From NCBI GenBank assembly GCA_905331295.1, contig CAJNYD010000069.1, positions 1 through 64,000 on the forward strand: a stretch of DNA of 64,000 nt, read 5' to 3'. A program made the position numbers and the translations under genes. How positions within the stretch are numbered: position 1 is the first letter of the stretch; each line of letters opens with the position of its first letter. Below the pieces are notes generated by a model. The model was not told the origin of the DNA and did not search any database. It saw only the letters and a program-made list of their open reading frames with translations. This DNA comes from Rotaria socialis (Eukaryota). Below are positions 11,794 through 27,200 of the stretch, in pieces.

Positions 11794-14176
11794 ATTCAAT
11801 TCAATTTTCAAAATTTGATGAGGGTGAGGTGCTGGTGCAAGAAACGAAAGGACACGACTACATCGGCTGTATAGAATTTCAATGCCCGTTGGTTTCTGAT
11901 TTTATTGATATTCATAACGACATCTTCGTTCCTATATACATAGTCTATCTATCCATTAAATGAAAATGATTCAAATCTAATGAAAATACACATCGAATGA
12001 AATAAATATATATTTTTCAGTGTATTATTCCTGTGTTACGAAAATTTTCTTCAGCGTATAAAACTATTCGCTATTGAGGCTGTTATCAGTAATAAATGCA
12101 TACTAAGATATCATTGCCTCTTGTGTCACGATGCAAGCTATGTAGGATCAACACAGTGTGTTTTTGCTTGCTTACTATCGTATAAAAAGTATTAAAACGA
12201 AAACATTCATGCAATTACATTTTTTCTTGTAGAATATTCAACTGGTGCTTCATTTCTTGTTAATAAAACTGTTCAGAACAAATGAAAAGCATGCAAATAT
12301 TCTTGAAAATAGGGTCAAAAAACTAAAACCTATAAAGTGTCTCCCACCGATACTATTTCTGAACTTAAACGTTGGATTCGAGAAAATGAAAAGATTACTT
12401 TGAAGTTCATGAAATTGACCATTTGGAACAACAAGCCCGTAAACGATTGTGAAACATTATTTGGAGCAAAATAAACAAAGAAATGACTATTACTGTTTCG
12501 TATCGATTTCGTGGAGGGTATTTTTCCAGCAGTTTTATGTTTATCTGGTCATGTTTTGTTGCACTGTAGTGAAGGATTTTCGCTCGATGACAACAAACTT
12601 TTACATAGCATTAAAACTAGTCTAATTAGTGTCAATCATGTAGAAGGCCAAACCGAACAATTAGTGAATAAGATGTCGTCGCTCATGAGAAAAATCCTCA
12701 ACTGTCGAATCAGATTATGAAGAGAAAAAAAGAGTTTTTCCTTTGCTGAAAAAGAAAATAGTTAAAAACTAAATTAATTTTAAACAGTTCTACTTCAACG
12801 CGCTGATTCTTGTGGATGGGTGCAGATGTGGATATATATAGATATATGTGGCGAAAAGGCTCATCACACTCACGCCTACACCCTTCTTTTCTTAATTCAT
12901 CACAACAAGAACAAGCAAAAGGTACGTGCGGGATTAAAACGGAAGAAAAATACAGTTACCATCTAATTCAAAAATAAATAAACAATTTTGAAAAAGTAGA
13001 ATTACAATGGGCAAATTTTCAAACGACATGGGCAAGTGCTTATTTGCCCCTCTCCTGGTTACGCTGCTCTACTTTAGTATTACTATGCACGCATACCAAA
13101 AGTAGATCAATATCATTGGCAATCCAAATAAAATAAACGTGCTATTTCGACATTAAATATTTTATTTGTTCCATCAAAGATTAACAAATTAAGAACTAAT
13201 AAAATTATAGAAATATTCTAAGAAAAAAATTAACAAATAATATTTTTCTTTTAAACTAAAATAAACATTGAGCTGGCAATTTAAAAATTTGGACACTGTT
13301 TCTTGCAGACAATTCTATCTAAACAAATTCGTGGCATGACAATACTTAGATCTTTTTCAAAAACACCTGTTATGTTTTTTTTTGTATTAGTTATCTCATA
13401 CAATAGCACACAGTTTTACAACACCTATAATTTTATAATTTTAAGAATAAAATTAAAAGCTAACAGCGTTCATTATTCAATCTATTGAAATAAAAGCTCT
13501 TACAATTAACACGACTTCATATTGAACTTAATCAAAAGATTTTTCAAAAATTGTCTTCTAAGATAGTAATATTTTATACGTAAAGATTGTGAAGAAAATG
13601 TGTAGTGACTCTAGTGCGTTCATATATGCTCGTTTCAAGATAGAATTTCTTTCTTGAACTATTTAGTTTTTTATATAACGACTAAGTTTCAATCAATCGA
13701 AATCTGTCTTATCTCGTTTAACCTATAAAAGTTTTTCTGTATTTTAATATTCTATCTTGTTGAGAAATTTAAATACACACACATACACGTGTGTAACAAA
13801 TAAAATAAAGAATGTTATGTTATTGAACAGTTGTACATCTGGTCTTTGCCTGATGAGAAACTCAAGTTTGATAGTTACTATAACAGCCATATGAAATCGT
13901 TGGATGAATATGGTCTTTGACTTATTTGTTTCAAAGTCTAAAATTAGAAAGTTATATCAGAGAGATCGATTGTGATATATGAGCTAATACAAATAGTCGG
14001 ACAAGGATATGCGGTTAAGATTGAATAGAGTTTATAAAAGTGGCTTCGCCCCGAAGAACTTGGATGAATGAACAAGTAACGTACTAGACCTTATTCTGTT
14101 CGACTTGATGAGATTGATGTAAGGGTGATTCAAGTGTAAATAAAACATGATGATTCTAGTAATTCTGTTTATATAC

Positions 14177-15325
14177 TCATATGCTTAAGGATATTATCGG
14201 ATATATCTTATCGATGTTGTTCAGTTTATATTTATAGTCGAGCATGAATTTGGCTACATTCATTAACACTAATGTAATCGACTTAATTGGTCTTCTTGCC
14301 GATATCGGATGGAAATACAATGGTACTTGTTTAAATATCAAGATTTGATTGTAGCGATTAATGTGGAATGATTTGAGGTTTAATATCTCTTTCTTTCGTA
14401 TGAAATCAAATGAAATAGAAAAAGGCTCAATATTTGCAATTATAATATGTTGTATTGTATTAAATGTAACACTCATCTATTTGTTCTTCGCCAGAATCAG
14501 GATGTGGGTGTGGGCGTAAGTGTATGGGTGCATCATGTACTAGCACCCACACCCTTGAGCAACACGAAGAGATTCATGTCATCTTGATCAAATCGGAGAT
14601 TGTTAATAGATAAACAATGAGAATAACTTGAAATCAATGCGATAAGAGAATAGCCAGACTTCTCTAAAGTATTATTTAAGTCGTTATTTACCGTCATCTG
14701 AAGTTTCTGAAATAGAATTTTATATGTGTTTTTGTCACAAATATAGTCGAGCACAAAAGCTGCCATTCGACATATTTCACTATTCCTTGACGTTTCGTGC
14801 AATGTCATCAGTGTATGGACTATCAATCGTTGAGTTTCAGCGTTATATTTAATGCGAGAAATTAAATACACAAGTACTAAAACAATAAATTCAGCATTAC
14901 TTTCCAAAACTTCATTCGATGTTGTATCACCATCAATCTTCAAGAACGAGAAAAATAGATGTGATTAGCTTGCACATATAATGTACGAAATCGTTCGACA
15001 CTCTACACACGCAATCACAGAAAGGCACATCTATCGTAATATCATTTGGAAAATAAGAAGCTATATAAGAAATAGATGATGATTTTCGATTGACCAGAAT
15101 GAGTTCTTTATTTTCCAATGCGTGAATTCTGTATCTTTTCAACCAAAGAAGTTCATCCAAATGAGATCTAATATCTACAGTTAGATTTTCAACCATCCGG
15201 GATAAATTAAGGTTGGCATATGGTGCACTGTGTTGATAGTGAACTCTTCTTGCCAGTAACGTTAATAAAATATCGATACCCAACTTCGAACTTGTTCGAA
15301 TATCGTCGCCATTTGCTGATCGCAA
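14177..15325 (-). pseudogene. Frameshifted coding-like fragments interrupted by TGTGGG palindromic elements
   Basis: ORFs 14933-15325 and 14533-14943 overlap in different frames. The latter runs into the repeat at 14503-14554, and 14177-14476 continues beyond it. Family not recognised. Confidence 0.45.
14503..14554. repeat. TGTGGG/CCCACA palindromic mini-element
   Basis: tgtgggtgtggg...cacccacaccc; related copies at 15345-15436 and 12811-12883. Confidence 0.6.
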
Positions 15326-15344
15326 AATGATTTCAGCTCGGGAT

Positions 15345-15436
15345 GGGTGTGGGTGTGGGTCTCGGTATGGGTGTTAGTATTTTCTGTAGCTATACTCACA
15401 ACCAGCACGCACACCAACACCCACCCACCAACACCC
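15345..15436. repeat. TGTGGG/CCCACA palindromic mini-element
   Basis: gggtgtgggtgtgggt...acaccaacacccacccaccaacaccc. Confidence 0.6.
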
Positions 15437-15489
15437 TCAACACGGCCGCCATTTTTTATCGTGAGTGATAGGTGTACGGCCGCTTACGA

Positions 15490-15818
15490 CTCAGGATGCT
15501 CGACTTGGGCGACAGTGAATCCTATCGGATCTCATGGGATCTGACAAGCCGATAAAATCCGATCAGATTTCTAGTCACGGTTCTACTAACGGATCCGACG
15601 GAAAAAAGCATTTTGTTAATCACCAATGAATAAGCATATGGTGGCAACAGAACACATGGGTCGAATGCTTATGTTGTATTCCAACACTAGAGTTCCGATT
15701 GTCGGTCCCACGCCCGGATACCGATAGAATTTCGTCGGTTTAATGAAATCTATACTATATCCGATAAGATCCCGACACGAATCCGATAGAATCCTACTAT
15801 CCGAATCATTCTCCTGGG
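15490..15818. mobile_element. Degenerate MITE rich in TCCGA/TCGGA motifs
   Basis: Ends ctcagg...cctggg, with repeated atccga/tcgga motifs in both arms. Confidence 0.5.
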
Positions 15819-16253
15819 AAATGAATTGACATTATCATCATGATGCTGTTCGTCTCAGTCAAAGTAGCAATTGCATATTTATTTTATTTTTGGGCACGCA
15901 TTGCATAAGGAACCTGATGTAAGATTTATTAGCATATATCCGAGATGCTAAAAAGCAAATTTCTACACAGAGCGTCATCTATCGACTAATGTTTATGGTT
16001 TTCCAAGAAAATAAAAATATTTCATGGTCAAAGAAGTTTGATTTAGTAGATATTGAAGAAAAAAGTGAAGAAAAAGGAAATATGTTCAATATATTTAGTA
16101 TATGCTAGGCTCTTTGTTTGATCAGCCAATGAAAAATATCTATATATTACAGTAGTTTGCTCGATTCGAGTTCGATCAAAATCAAATTTTTCTTTTGCTT
16201 GTTTTGATCTCTTACTAAAATCATACCTTTATAAATTATTCAAATTCTCCATA

Positions 16254-19200
16254 ATGTCACAATCCCTAATGCGAGCGCCGGGTGATATTGTCAACGAAGT
16301 TTATTCTCAAAATATTCCATCTATTACTAAAATGTGTCATGATGCCGGTGATGATCCAAGTCCTTTTATTGAAGAAGCTAAACGTGAACTTCAAGTAAGA
16401 ATTTAAAATGAAGAGTTTTTTATGTAGGTTAAAATAAAATTTCTTTAGAAAATGGTTACAGAAATGATAGCTGAAGATGATGCTTTACTTGAACGTAAAC
16501 TTGCCGAACTTGTACCCATCCGTGCACGTTTTGAATCACTCTATCATGAATTACATCCAGATAAAACATGTCCACAATATGGCAATACTTTACCTGTTCT
16601 TCATGCTTTGCGTATGTATGTTGATGAACATAGAAAATTAAAAGAAGAACATGAAAAATTACTTCAACGTGAACCAGATATTCGTCGAGAAGAGAGACAA
16701 TTATGTAATGAATTAAATGAACGCACATTACAAATAGATAATTCAAATTTTAATTCCAAACAATTAGTAACACAAATAAGTCTCTTATCAGAACATATTA
16801 CTGAATTACGTGAAGAAAAAGTATTGGAATTTCGATTTTTTTTTGTTTTGATGTTTAATTTTTTCTAAATATTTCTTTTAGACAAAACGTACTAATCATC
16901 TATCTGAAATAATTCGAATATTACATGAATATGAAGAGATTTATGGATGGAAAAGACCATCAATTGAAACTATGGTTGGACGATTATTAGCACTCGGCCT
17001 AATTCAAATTGATCAGTATACATTAACAAAAGAAGCTTTAGAACTTGTCGATAAAGAATTCACTGAAGTAAGAATCTTTTTTTTTATTTATATAGAAAAT
17101 TTTTCAATGAAAATTTCTATATAGATCACTGCGCAAGTTCAAAAAGCTGAAGCTTGTTTTGAACAATCACATAAGAAATTATTAACCTTAATGAGAAAAC
17201 ACCAGTCATTAATTCCAAATGCAAAAGCTGTAGCCGTAACAACTACTAAACAATGTCGAATCTCAAAATTACCTGATGTAAGTTTTTGAACATTATGTGC
17301 ACTACAATATAGGTAGATTTTTGATTCAGCTTATCTCAGAAGTTGATCGATATACAGAACATGCAATGGAAAAATTAACAAATGATATATTAAAAGCACG
17401 TGAACGAATTCATGTTATACTTAATAAACTTTCAGTTGGTGATATAACTAATAATTCGAAATATGCAATTCTATTTACTAGTAACTATCGATATTATTTA
17501 TATTGTAAATCAAAAGATTGCTTTTTAATTATTCTAGATGATTTTACAGAAGATGTATATTTCATGCATGAAGAACTTGTACAAGAATTAGAAGCTCAAT
17601 ATGAAGTTAACAGATCGATGTATGAACAAATTGAAACTTGGAACGAACTGTTTCTTGAATTTCAAGAATATGAGGTGAACCTGTTTTTTTTTGTTCTATT
17701 ATTTTATTCGGATAAGTATTTCTATTAGAAAAATGCAAGTGATCCACAGCGTTTTCATCGGCGAGGTTATAGTGCTCTTGCAGAAGAAAGAACTCGTAAA
17801 AAGTTAGAAGCATCATTACGAGAATGTGAATTACTTCTTCGCAAACTTGCCAATGAATTTATAGAAAAAAATAATGGGCAACCATTTATAATGAGTGCTA
17901 ATGGTAAAGAAATTGTAGATTATATTGCACAAAGAAAAGATGATTATGTCAAAGCAAAAGAACGAGAACGAGAAGCATCAAAGGTAAGATACGAAGGATA
18001 TTTTTGTTTTGAATTAATTCAAGAGATTGTAATCTCAATGAGTAACAAGAATATGCACATCAATTAACTAAATAAATAAATCATGCAAAAGAGATACTAT
18101 CGTTCATATACTATAGACCTTGAGCATTATTATTTCACAAATGAGCGATGATTTGTCATCTTTATACAAATGACATTGAAAATTAAAGAAAAATAATATC
18201 ATTGATAAATATTTATTCTCATAGATAGTTTAATTAGAAATACGAATAGTTTTATAGCGAAAGTACATTTACAACATATGAGAAATCTCTAGAAAAAAGC
18301 GAATTATTGAGGAGTAAAACACATGTTAGATATCTTATGAGTATTAATGTTCTATACGTTTTCAAAATTGCTAAGCAAAACAATTTCTAGCCTCTAAAAC
18401 TATTCTCGTCGTCAAATCTAGTTATCTTGTATCATTAGTCTATAATAAAGATGAAATCTTTAAGATCTGAATTACTTGGAAGCCAACGAAATTCTAAGAT
18501 TTAACCAAAAGCCTACATGGAATTGTCTAAATCAACAGAAGAGAAATATTATTGTCATGGCCTATTTTGAGATTATTCAAAATTTGTGATAATTGAATGA
18601 AATTCATGAATTTCCTTTTCTTTGAATTGCAGTCGAATGAATCAATGATAAATATTTACATAAAATAGAAAATTCTTCTTGAATATTTCTGGAATAAAAT
18701 AATTCATCACTTAGAAAACAAAACAATGTCAAATACATAGTTCTTCTCGTTTTTACTGCTTATTTTTCTAATAATAGCTAATAAATGGATCTTCATTGCG
18801 TGTAAGAAATCCAAATTATTTATCCCTTAAAATTTCATATCGAATCATGTTTATTTCCTCCGCTTTGTGCAGTCGTGTCAAGATTAAAATTGTAGAACAG
18901 ATTACCAACGATATCCATTCCTATGGCGTATAAATGTGAATTAACACATTTTTTTGTGAAATTTTGACTCAGAATCTATGCTTTTCATTCAACTTTTTTT
19001 AGGCTGCACATCAAACATCCGCAGGCACAATCGTTCAACGAACACCATTAAAAACAAAACAAATCACTGGTACAACGCCAGGTGCTCTTTTGAAACGCGT
19101 AAGAGAAAAATAGTTTAGCTTTTCAATCATTTAGCACATACAAAATATTTTTGCTTAGTCTGATCAAAGTGCAAATATTCGTACACCATTAGCAACATCT

Positions 19201-19579
19201 CGTCGTGTCGGTATTCCACACTTACCTACAGGTAAAACGCCATTAAATAGTTCAACAATGAAAACGCGAACTCAACAAAAACAAGTACAAACAACAAAAC
19301 GTATTAATATGGATGCAGCACCATCAACAATAGTTACACCTGTTAAACAACGTCGTCTTATCGATCAAATTGTAAACACAACGGAAAATACTTCTACAAA
19401 TAGTTTAGCAATAGAAAATATATCTATGGGTTTGAAGTCTTCTATGGTGGTACGATAAAGTTATTCGTTGATTGTCAAATAATATTGTCTTTTCGTTTTA
19501 TATTTAATAGACGACACCATCGGGAAAACGACCATTATTCAAACGAGCCATTCCAACTCCTAATCCTTCTAAAAAATAA
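16254..19579 (+). CDS. PRC1: Protein regulator of cytokinesis 1 (MAP65/Ase1 family), about 10 exons
   Basis: Spliced product contains WNELFLEFQEYE|KNASDPQRFHRRGYSALAEERTRKKLE (the MAP65/Ase1 ASDPxRF..RG..L.EE..R.KL signature), a coiled-coil N-half and a basic TP-rich tail. ATG 16254, TAA 19579, canonical GT-AG introns. Confidence 0.88.
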
Positions 19580-21578
19580 GACATATTACGATTATGTAAA
19601 TAATATAACTATCGTTGTTTGTTTGTTTTCTTATTTTATGTGTACAATTGACAAAAATAGAATAGAGAAATATTAATGAATAGATTGATGATTCTTTCTA
19701 ATGAGAAAAATTTTTAAATTAATTAAATTTAAAAATAAAAAATTTATATCTTGAGATTATATTGAATTGATACATAATGGTTGTATATTGTTAATGAGGA
19801 GTCCAGCAATCGTGAGTATATGTCATGAACTAAGAGTTTTTCTTGATTCGATAAATAAAGCTAAAAAAAATAGGCTCTTATTAAATAAATATCGATCTCT
19901 TTTGGGCTTAATGACTTGATACTTTCAAGAGAATGAAATCAGAAAAATGTCCGCAAATGACTTTTAAATTCGACCTTTTCTTTTGGATGATATTAAAATG
20001 ACTTTATTAGAATTCGAGTCACTAATAAGAGATTTTTTCCAGAGGTCAAATAATAAAATCTTGATTTATAAACTATTTCCTAAATAATAATCATGAATAC
20101 TAATATGTCTGAGAACATTACATTCAATACATGCTTGATGATTAAGATATTTCAAAATCTGTACGATATATTAGAGTTGTTTCTATCGAAACGGGTACAT
20201 ACATGGCATCAAGAGAATTTGCGGATATTCGAACAATTGTGGAACTTATTTACTCATTGAATACCAGCTCATATTCTCATCTTTTCTCTCTCATTGAAAC
20301 ATTTCATCCATAGAAAGAAATCATTGTTTGCAACAACATCAAGTATATTCTTTAGTGGTTTCATTTCGGTGATTTGTTTTTTAGAATAACTGATAATAAA
20401 AGAGATTAGTAATTTGTATTCATCTATCCAGTATGAATCATCATTTCGATCGAAAATTCAATTCATTATTTTTATCACAATTAGATATATAATAGTTCTT
20501 TATTTTTTAGAAGCAAGAAGACTTTTATTGGAGATTTTAGAAGAACAACACTTAAGATCTGTGTAAAATACTTTGAGAGTAATATATTAAAAAATTTTAA
20601 AATAAAAAGAAATCTCATCTTAAATTTACAATATGAACAATTTTGCTAAACATCAAGTTTTCAATAATTTTATCTTGAATAAAATGGATAAATGACCATT
20701 ATATTAACAAAAGCCAAGTTCATTATTGAATTGATAGTAATCTATCTTGCTGCGAATTAGATAAATTTATATCGAGTGTAGTTCTAAAAATAAAATCATA
20801 AGAGTGATTAATGGTTGAATAAAAAAAAGTATCGATCGATTTTGAATGATAATTCATCATACACTTGATTATATACTGACAGTGCCATTATGTCAAACTG
20901 ATTCACTTGTGAGCATTCAATGATATTTCATGTTTTTTTTTCTACAAAGCTTTCAAGAAATGATTTTAATCGGATTACTTTATTAGTAGTAATTTCGAAA
21001 TATTATTGTGTTCTATCATTGGCTCTGCAATGCATTTTTGGTGTATATTTGTAGATAGTGTCAATTGTTTCTTGGACAGTATGATTGATGGAAATAGTCT
21101 TTATAAGAAATGAAAGTTTATTTATTGAAAATGTCAAATTATTAATAGCATATTTCTCATTAAAGAAATTTTTAAGTTAAAAAGAATCTATATTCGTCAA
21201 ATTTTTGTGGTCATTCTCAAGTTTGACGATAATGATATGCGAGTAAGTGTCTTGTCATATTGCTTCTTATAGATATTTAGAATCATTATGTGATTCTTCT
21301 TAATCAATACGGATAGTCGATATGAAATGAGATAATTTAAAACTAATGGTGGTATTTTATACATAACACGGAGTAAAACATTTATTTTTTATTTTTTTCG
21401 AAGCTAACTAAATCTTGTCTGTATCAACAGTAATTTAATATATAAAGCCTATGCATCCATATTCTTTTCTATATCCTTTAATATTTACTATTTATCCATA
21501 GTAATATATTTGTTTGTTATATTGATTGATCAACCCTAAATAATGTAAAACTTATGTAATATGTTAATCGTAAATATT

Positions 21579-24237
21579 TTAATGTGGTTTTACCTCAAAC
21601 GATTGATCCCAAAAAGTCATATCGTTACTGGCTTCAGCTAAACGTGCTCGATCTAATAAATCAAACGTAGCCGCTTGTGTATAGTGGCATGCTTTTAAAA
21701 TTTTTCTAACACAATCGATTGAATATAAACTAATTTCACTTGATATTGATGCAGACGATGCTAATTTTAACAATTGCGAACAAAGCAATACATGCTTAAG
21801 AGGATTGATAATACTTGGCTTAAAACCAAATGTATTCGCCTTAAAAAAGAAAAAGAAACAACAATTGGTTTTCATAGAAGTTTTGAATAAAATTTACAAG
21901 AATTTTTATTTTTTCTTCATCTAATTCTTTTAGGATATCGGATAAAATAAACCATGGTACCATTATATATGAATTGTATCGTGCAAAAATTATTTTATTT
22001 TTCTCATCTATTAGAACTAGTTTTGTTAGAAATGAAGATTTTGTTTGAAATGGTTCTGTAGATGCTTCCGAACGATGTTGATCGTCTTGGCTTTTGATAG
22101 AAGTATCTTTTTCTGAAGCTGTTCTAATAATAAGAAAAAATATTTAAGAAAAAAACACAATTTTTAAATACAAAAATTACTCTCCAGCCTTCCAATAAAG
22201 TGCTATAATTGAATGCATTGGTTGCCCATCATCGTCTAGCATAAATGTAGTCTAAGGAAACAAAAAAAAAATACTCTTGAAATTCTTTTTGTAAATTTAA
22301 ATTGATTGCTACTTACAGTATTATCATCATTAGTAATATCATCAATAGGTCTAGCCATTTTACAATGTATTAAAAAGTCATTAATACAAACATAAACTTC
22401 ATCATGTTGTGCAAATAAATTTACATAGAAAGTATTATCACATCTTTTATATAATGGTTCAACATCACATTGACAATTATGAACAAGATTTTGAAAAGTT
22501 CTTAATACAACATCATTCCATTCAGTATCATCATTTAATGAAGCAATAGTTGCTAAACGACATGTTAGTAAATGAACTGGTCGAGATGAATATTTTGTTA
22601 GTATGAAACGTATACGTGAACGTGAAACATTTTCTTCCCAAGAATTTAGATCAACAAAAAAAACATTAACCGTATCTTGATTCAAATCATATTCCATTAT
22701 TTGAGATCGATTCCATGTCAACGTTATTTCATCATATGTTACACAAAGTAGATTTTTACGTAAATATTCTTGAGTTAATTGAAGATCATAAATTGAATTA
22801 TAATAATCACTAGACAGGAAACAATGAAATAAAATAATTCAGTAACAATATTAAAAAGAAAATACTTCATGTTTTTAAAAAATTTATCGGATTCAATTAA
22901 ATCTCGTTGTAATTGAATTGTAAATGCATATGGGGAAATAATTGAAACAACATAACACGGCTGTACAATATTAAGTTCAAATGATGTATCCTCATATTTG
23001 TATCCATTTGAAATAATATCAACCATTAATACTTCATCTATTGGTTTAACTTCTTCAGAAGACTCTTTATTCTAAAAAGAGAATATATTCACATTTTCTT
23101 TTCAATCATATCGACGATCGGCGTCAATCTCCATTGTACTTGTTATATAGATTGATACATAAAACATTGGAAGTATTTATAATTAACTCAACTACTACTA
23201 ATTATAAACTCCAGATTGAAAAAAAAATTTAAAAAGAGAAGAGTAACTAAATAAAACATTTTCTATTAATCCTTTTTTGTACTTTCATAAGAAATCTTAA
23301 TTTTTATTATACTGAAACTTTATCACGGAGATTCATTTTTAATCGGATAGATACTTCTATCTATAACGTCAAGTTTTCTTTTTCAAAAAGATATAAATAT
23401 TTTCATTTTGACTGAATATCGCTCATTTTACTTGACGAGTTACATCAAGGAAGAATAATATTTAAATTACACATAAAAATATATCAACTTCAAATATTTT
23501 TATTATGTGTCTAAAACACTCTACGTAGTAAGTCATATCACCAATAGAACTATCAATTCAATGAACAATTTTAAATAAAGATACGTTCATAAAATAAATA
23601 ATGCTCAAATAATTGAATTCAATTTCAAAACTATCAAAGAGTTTTAACCAAAAATCATACAAATTAATAAATAAGTCTTTCAAAGTTATTTTATTCTCCA
23701 AATATTTGAATATATTCGTTCGATTGATTCAATCACATTTCGTTATGAGATAATCGTGTTTTTTTACATTTACTCTGTCTCAAAGCTCACGATTGATCCA
23801 AATTCATATGAAGACAATAAAAGCATTACATTAGATTTTCGAAGTTAAAAAGAAATATTTTTGTCAGATCATTCGAGAAATAATTCTCATATGGTTGTAA
23901 ATTAAAATGAATCTAGTAACACTTCTTTGACATCTTTTAAGAACTATTATAGTTGATGATAGATATTTCTAGAGTAAAATTGCTTACTTTAACTTTGACT
24001 TACAAATGTCGAACTAGTCTTGTTTGATGACATATTTAAATTATCAATTCCATTTTGACAAAATAGTATTTGCTGGGTCACATCGTTAAAATGAGCTTTT
24101 GACTTTGTATTCATTGACATTGATGAATTATCAAGGCACATAGAATGATTATATGTTTCAGTTTTTTGAATGAAATTTTGCATTATTTCATTCCCATTAA
24201 TAATATCATTTTGATTTATATTTTGAGATCGTGACAT
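21579..24237 (-). CDS. Extended Tudor domain protein (TDRD-like), about 6 exons
   Basis: PCYVVSIISPYAFTIQL...LLCVTYDEITLTWNRSQI...VNVFFVDLNSWEENVSRSRIRFI...LLTCRLATI...EWND fits an extended Tudor/SN fold. Exons join in frame from 23071 to TAA at 21579. The first exon (24237-24004) is less certain. Confidence 0.8.
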
Positions 24238-27200
24238 TTAAATAAGCGATTTTTGCAAATTGAACATTAAAAAATTTTGGTCGAATTTCATTTCAATAAA
24301 ACTTAAAAGTTTTTGCAGAAAAAAATTTGTTTTTTCATATTTTTTGTGATGATAAAAATATTCAGTTGTTTGTTTCATTAACCAATACGTACTTGGTAAG
24401 TTTTGTCTTTCAACAGGTATAACAAGAACAGGTGGCCAATCAACGATTAAGCGAAACAGGTGCGCAGCAAATTGTAAAAATTTCTTTTTCAATAGGCATT
24501 GAAGATAACGCTAGTTTATTTTAAATACTTCTACAATAATCAAATAAGGTTTGTAATGATTCCAAGCATGATTATAATGAAAAAATTAACATTTAAAAAT
24601 TTTAAATATTAATCAAGTTTAACTATATCTTTTTTTTCACAATGAATCGAATTCTTAAAATAGACAGAAGGCCATAAATACTTTCTTTTAAGAGATAGAA
24701 ACTATGAATAAATGAAAAATGATTCTTAGTTATTTCAAACTATATTACGGATCTTTTTTTTTGTCTAATTATATGCAAAACATCTTTCCAAACTATGAAA
24801 AATGACTTTGAAATATAAGCAATGTTCACGACTAATTCATAAGATAAGCAATAGAACTATTGAATGTGTCTTATTATCTATTTAGAAGTTAACAATATAT
24901 GGAATTAAGAATTTAACCTCTTCGCTATCAAATTAATTGACCTTTTTTTTTTACAATCGTATCTACACGATTCTGCTAGAGAAAGAAAAAAACGTTTAAG
25001 TTTTCAAGCAAAATAAACTTATTCATATACTCATGCATATATAAAATTCATAGTGATCTTGTATTTCTCTATCGGTATTATGACATTACATACATTGTAA
25101 AGGATCTTTTAATTCAATATGCGTTTTTCTCTAATGAATATTTGATTAGAAAAGATTGATCTTAGATTAGACATATGTTTAACTAAGAAATTAATCACAG
25201 TTTTTCATTCAATTAAAATATGAAGAACAGCTATAACTTTTGTCATAAGATGAAAATACATCGTATAAAACAACAATCTTCTAAAATTATCTTTATAAAA
25301 ATGATTTCAAGGTCGAACCAACAAGCCGGTATCATAAACATAATGACCTAGATAAATTTTGATTATTTAACTAAAGCAGATAGTACAATTTTTTTGTATT
25401 ATTATTCATTCATTCGTTTTGAGTAGACTAATTCGAATTCGTATCTATTCTGAAATCTGTCATCACGATACTTTATCAGTGAATATTTGTTTTTAGTTCA
25501 AAGTCAAACCGCAATCAATACTTTAAATAGAGCTAAACAATAAAAAAAAACATTAGATTTTGCTTTTGAACAAGCAATTTATCCTGAATTCTCAAATGAG
25601 TATAATTTACAAAATGAGTGTTCCGACTTAATGCAATGCATTTAAATGAGCTAGTTAGTATGCATCGGGTGTTAATAAAGATTTTTCAAAATGATTCGAT
25701 TTCAAAGCTTCACATTTTATTATATTCAATGAAAATATATTGAATTAAAATATTTCTACAAGGAAAATAATATAGAAAGATAAAAATTAGCCTTTAATAT
25801 TATTATTTCCTATATTGTTACTGAAAGTATTATCTATCACTAGTAATCAACTTTGCCAGATCCATAAGAAGATCGAGAAGATATCATGCAAGCGTAATAT
25901 GTGTGTACCTATTGATAATTGATTATGTAGTAAGCCTGATTTTATTGATGAAACGGAAATTGTGTTCATATTCAAAATGGTATACACCACGAACATAGAA
26001 ATAGAGTATGACAAGTGCATTTAGTTCTTAGGAAACGTATTAAATAAAAGTAAATCAGAATAATGTAGCATAAAAAAACATTATTTGTACTCATCTTGGT
26101 AACTTACGAGTACAACAGAGTTCACTGTTTAGATTTTCTATTGCGCTAAGCATTGCCATTTGTTCTTGTTGTATCCACCGATTTTCAATACAAAGATTAT
26201 TTTTCTTCATCTATATTTCTAATCTATCATTATCTTAATTGAAAGTTTAGATGTTTCATGGGATACACAATCGATAGTAAAGCGTGTGCTTGCGATTATA
26301 ATGAACTCAAATTTCTGAACTTATCTGTATATATGTTTAGATATGCATATCAATAATAACATAGAATAAGTTTACTAGTTCTTTTTCTAAATAGAAGATA
26401 CACATGCCTATAATTATACTTAAAATTATGAATATAGTGCGTTTGTTCATCAAGATTTATCTGATTTGATCTTTAGTAATTACAAAATTCTATAGAATAT
26501 ACGTTTCAATACTTGGATAGATTAGTTTTCAAGATTAAATTCAATTATTTTCATTACAAAAACTCAAGAAGCTTTTCATACGCCTGCCTTATCTATTTCT
26601 CGATTTTTCTCTATTATATATTACTTATTATGTACAGCTAATATTTTCTAAAGATTTTTATGCTCTGACGTATTCACAATTATTCATGACATATTAGTGA
26701 AAAGTATTTATTCGTGATATACTTGACATTTACAATTAATTTTCTTTTACGTTCTAGCGATCGAAAGGGTTTTTTTTTATTAACCATACTGGTAATGCTG
26801 TACAGACAAATATATTTGTTTAAAGAGACACAGAAGACAAGCTTATTATTGAAATTCTATGACTTCTATCATGTAGAATGTGTTATTTTTCATTCCTACT
26901 GACATAATATTTTCTTTTCAACTACTCCTAAGGTTTTTATTATGTAGCAGTCGATAATTATGTCTATCATCATAGAAAAAGAAAGGAACACTTTAAAAAA
27001 CAATAACAAATGATAAAGATTAAAGTAAATGGATGAAGAATTATATTTAAGTTTATTCGTATTTTTTATTTAGAAAAAAAGTGGCATCTTTCTTTCTAAG
27101 ACATAGATATATATATATAGAATACGTCAGTAAGTTTTATTTTTCTAATTAACGTTTTTTCTCTTTGCAATACATCGCGAGCATATCTTTCAAGCATTGA

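Noticed and set aside
15347..15544. VWVWV/THT-repeat peptide ORF
   Set aside because: Translation artefact of the TGTGGG/CCCACA palindrome.
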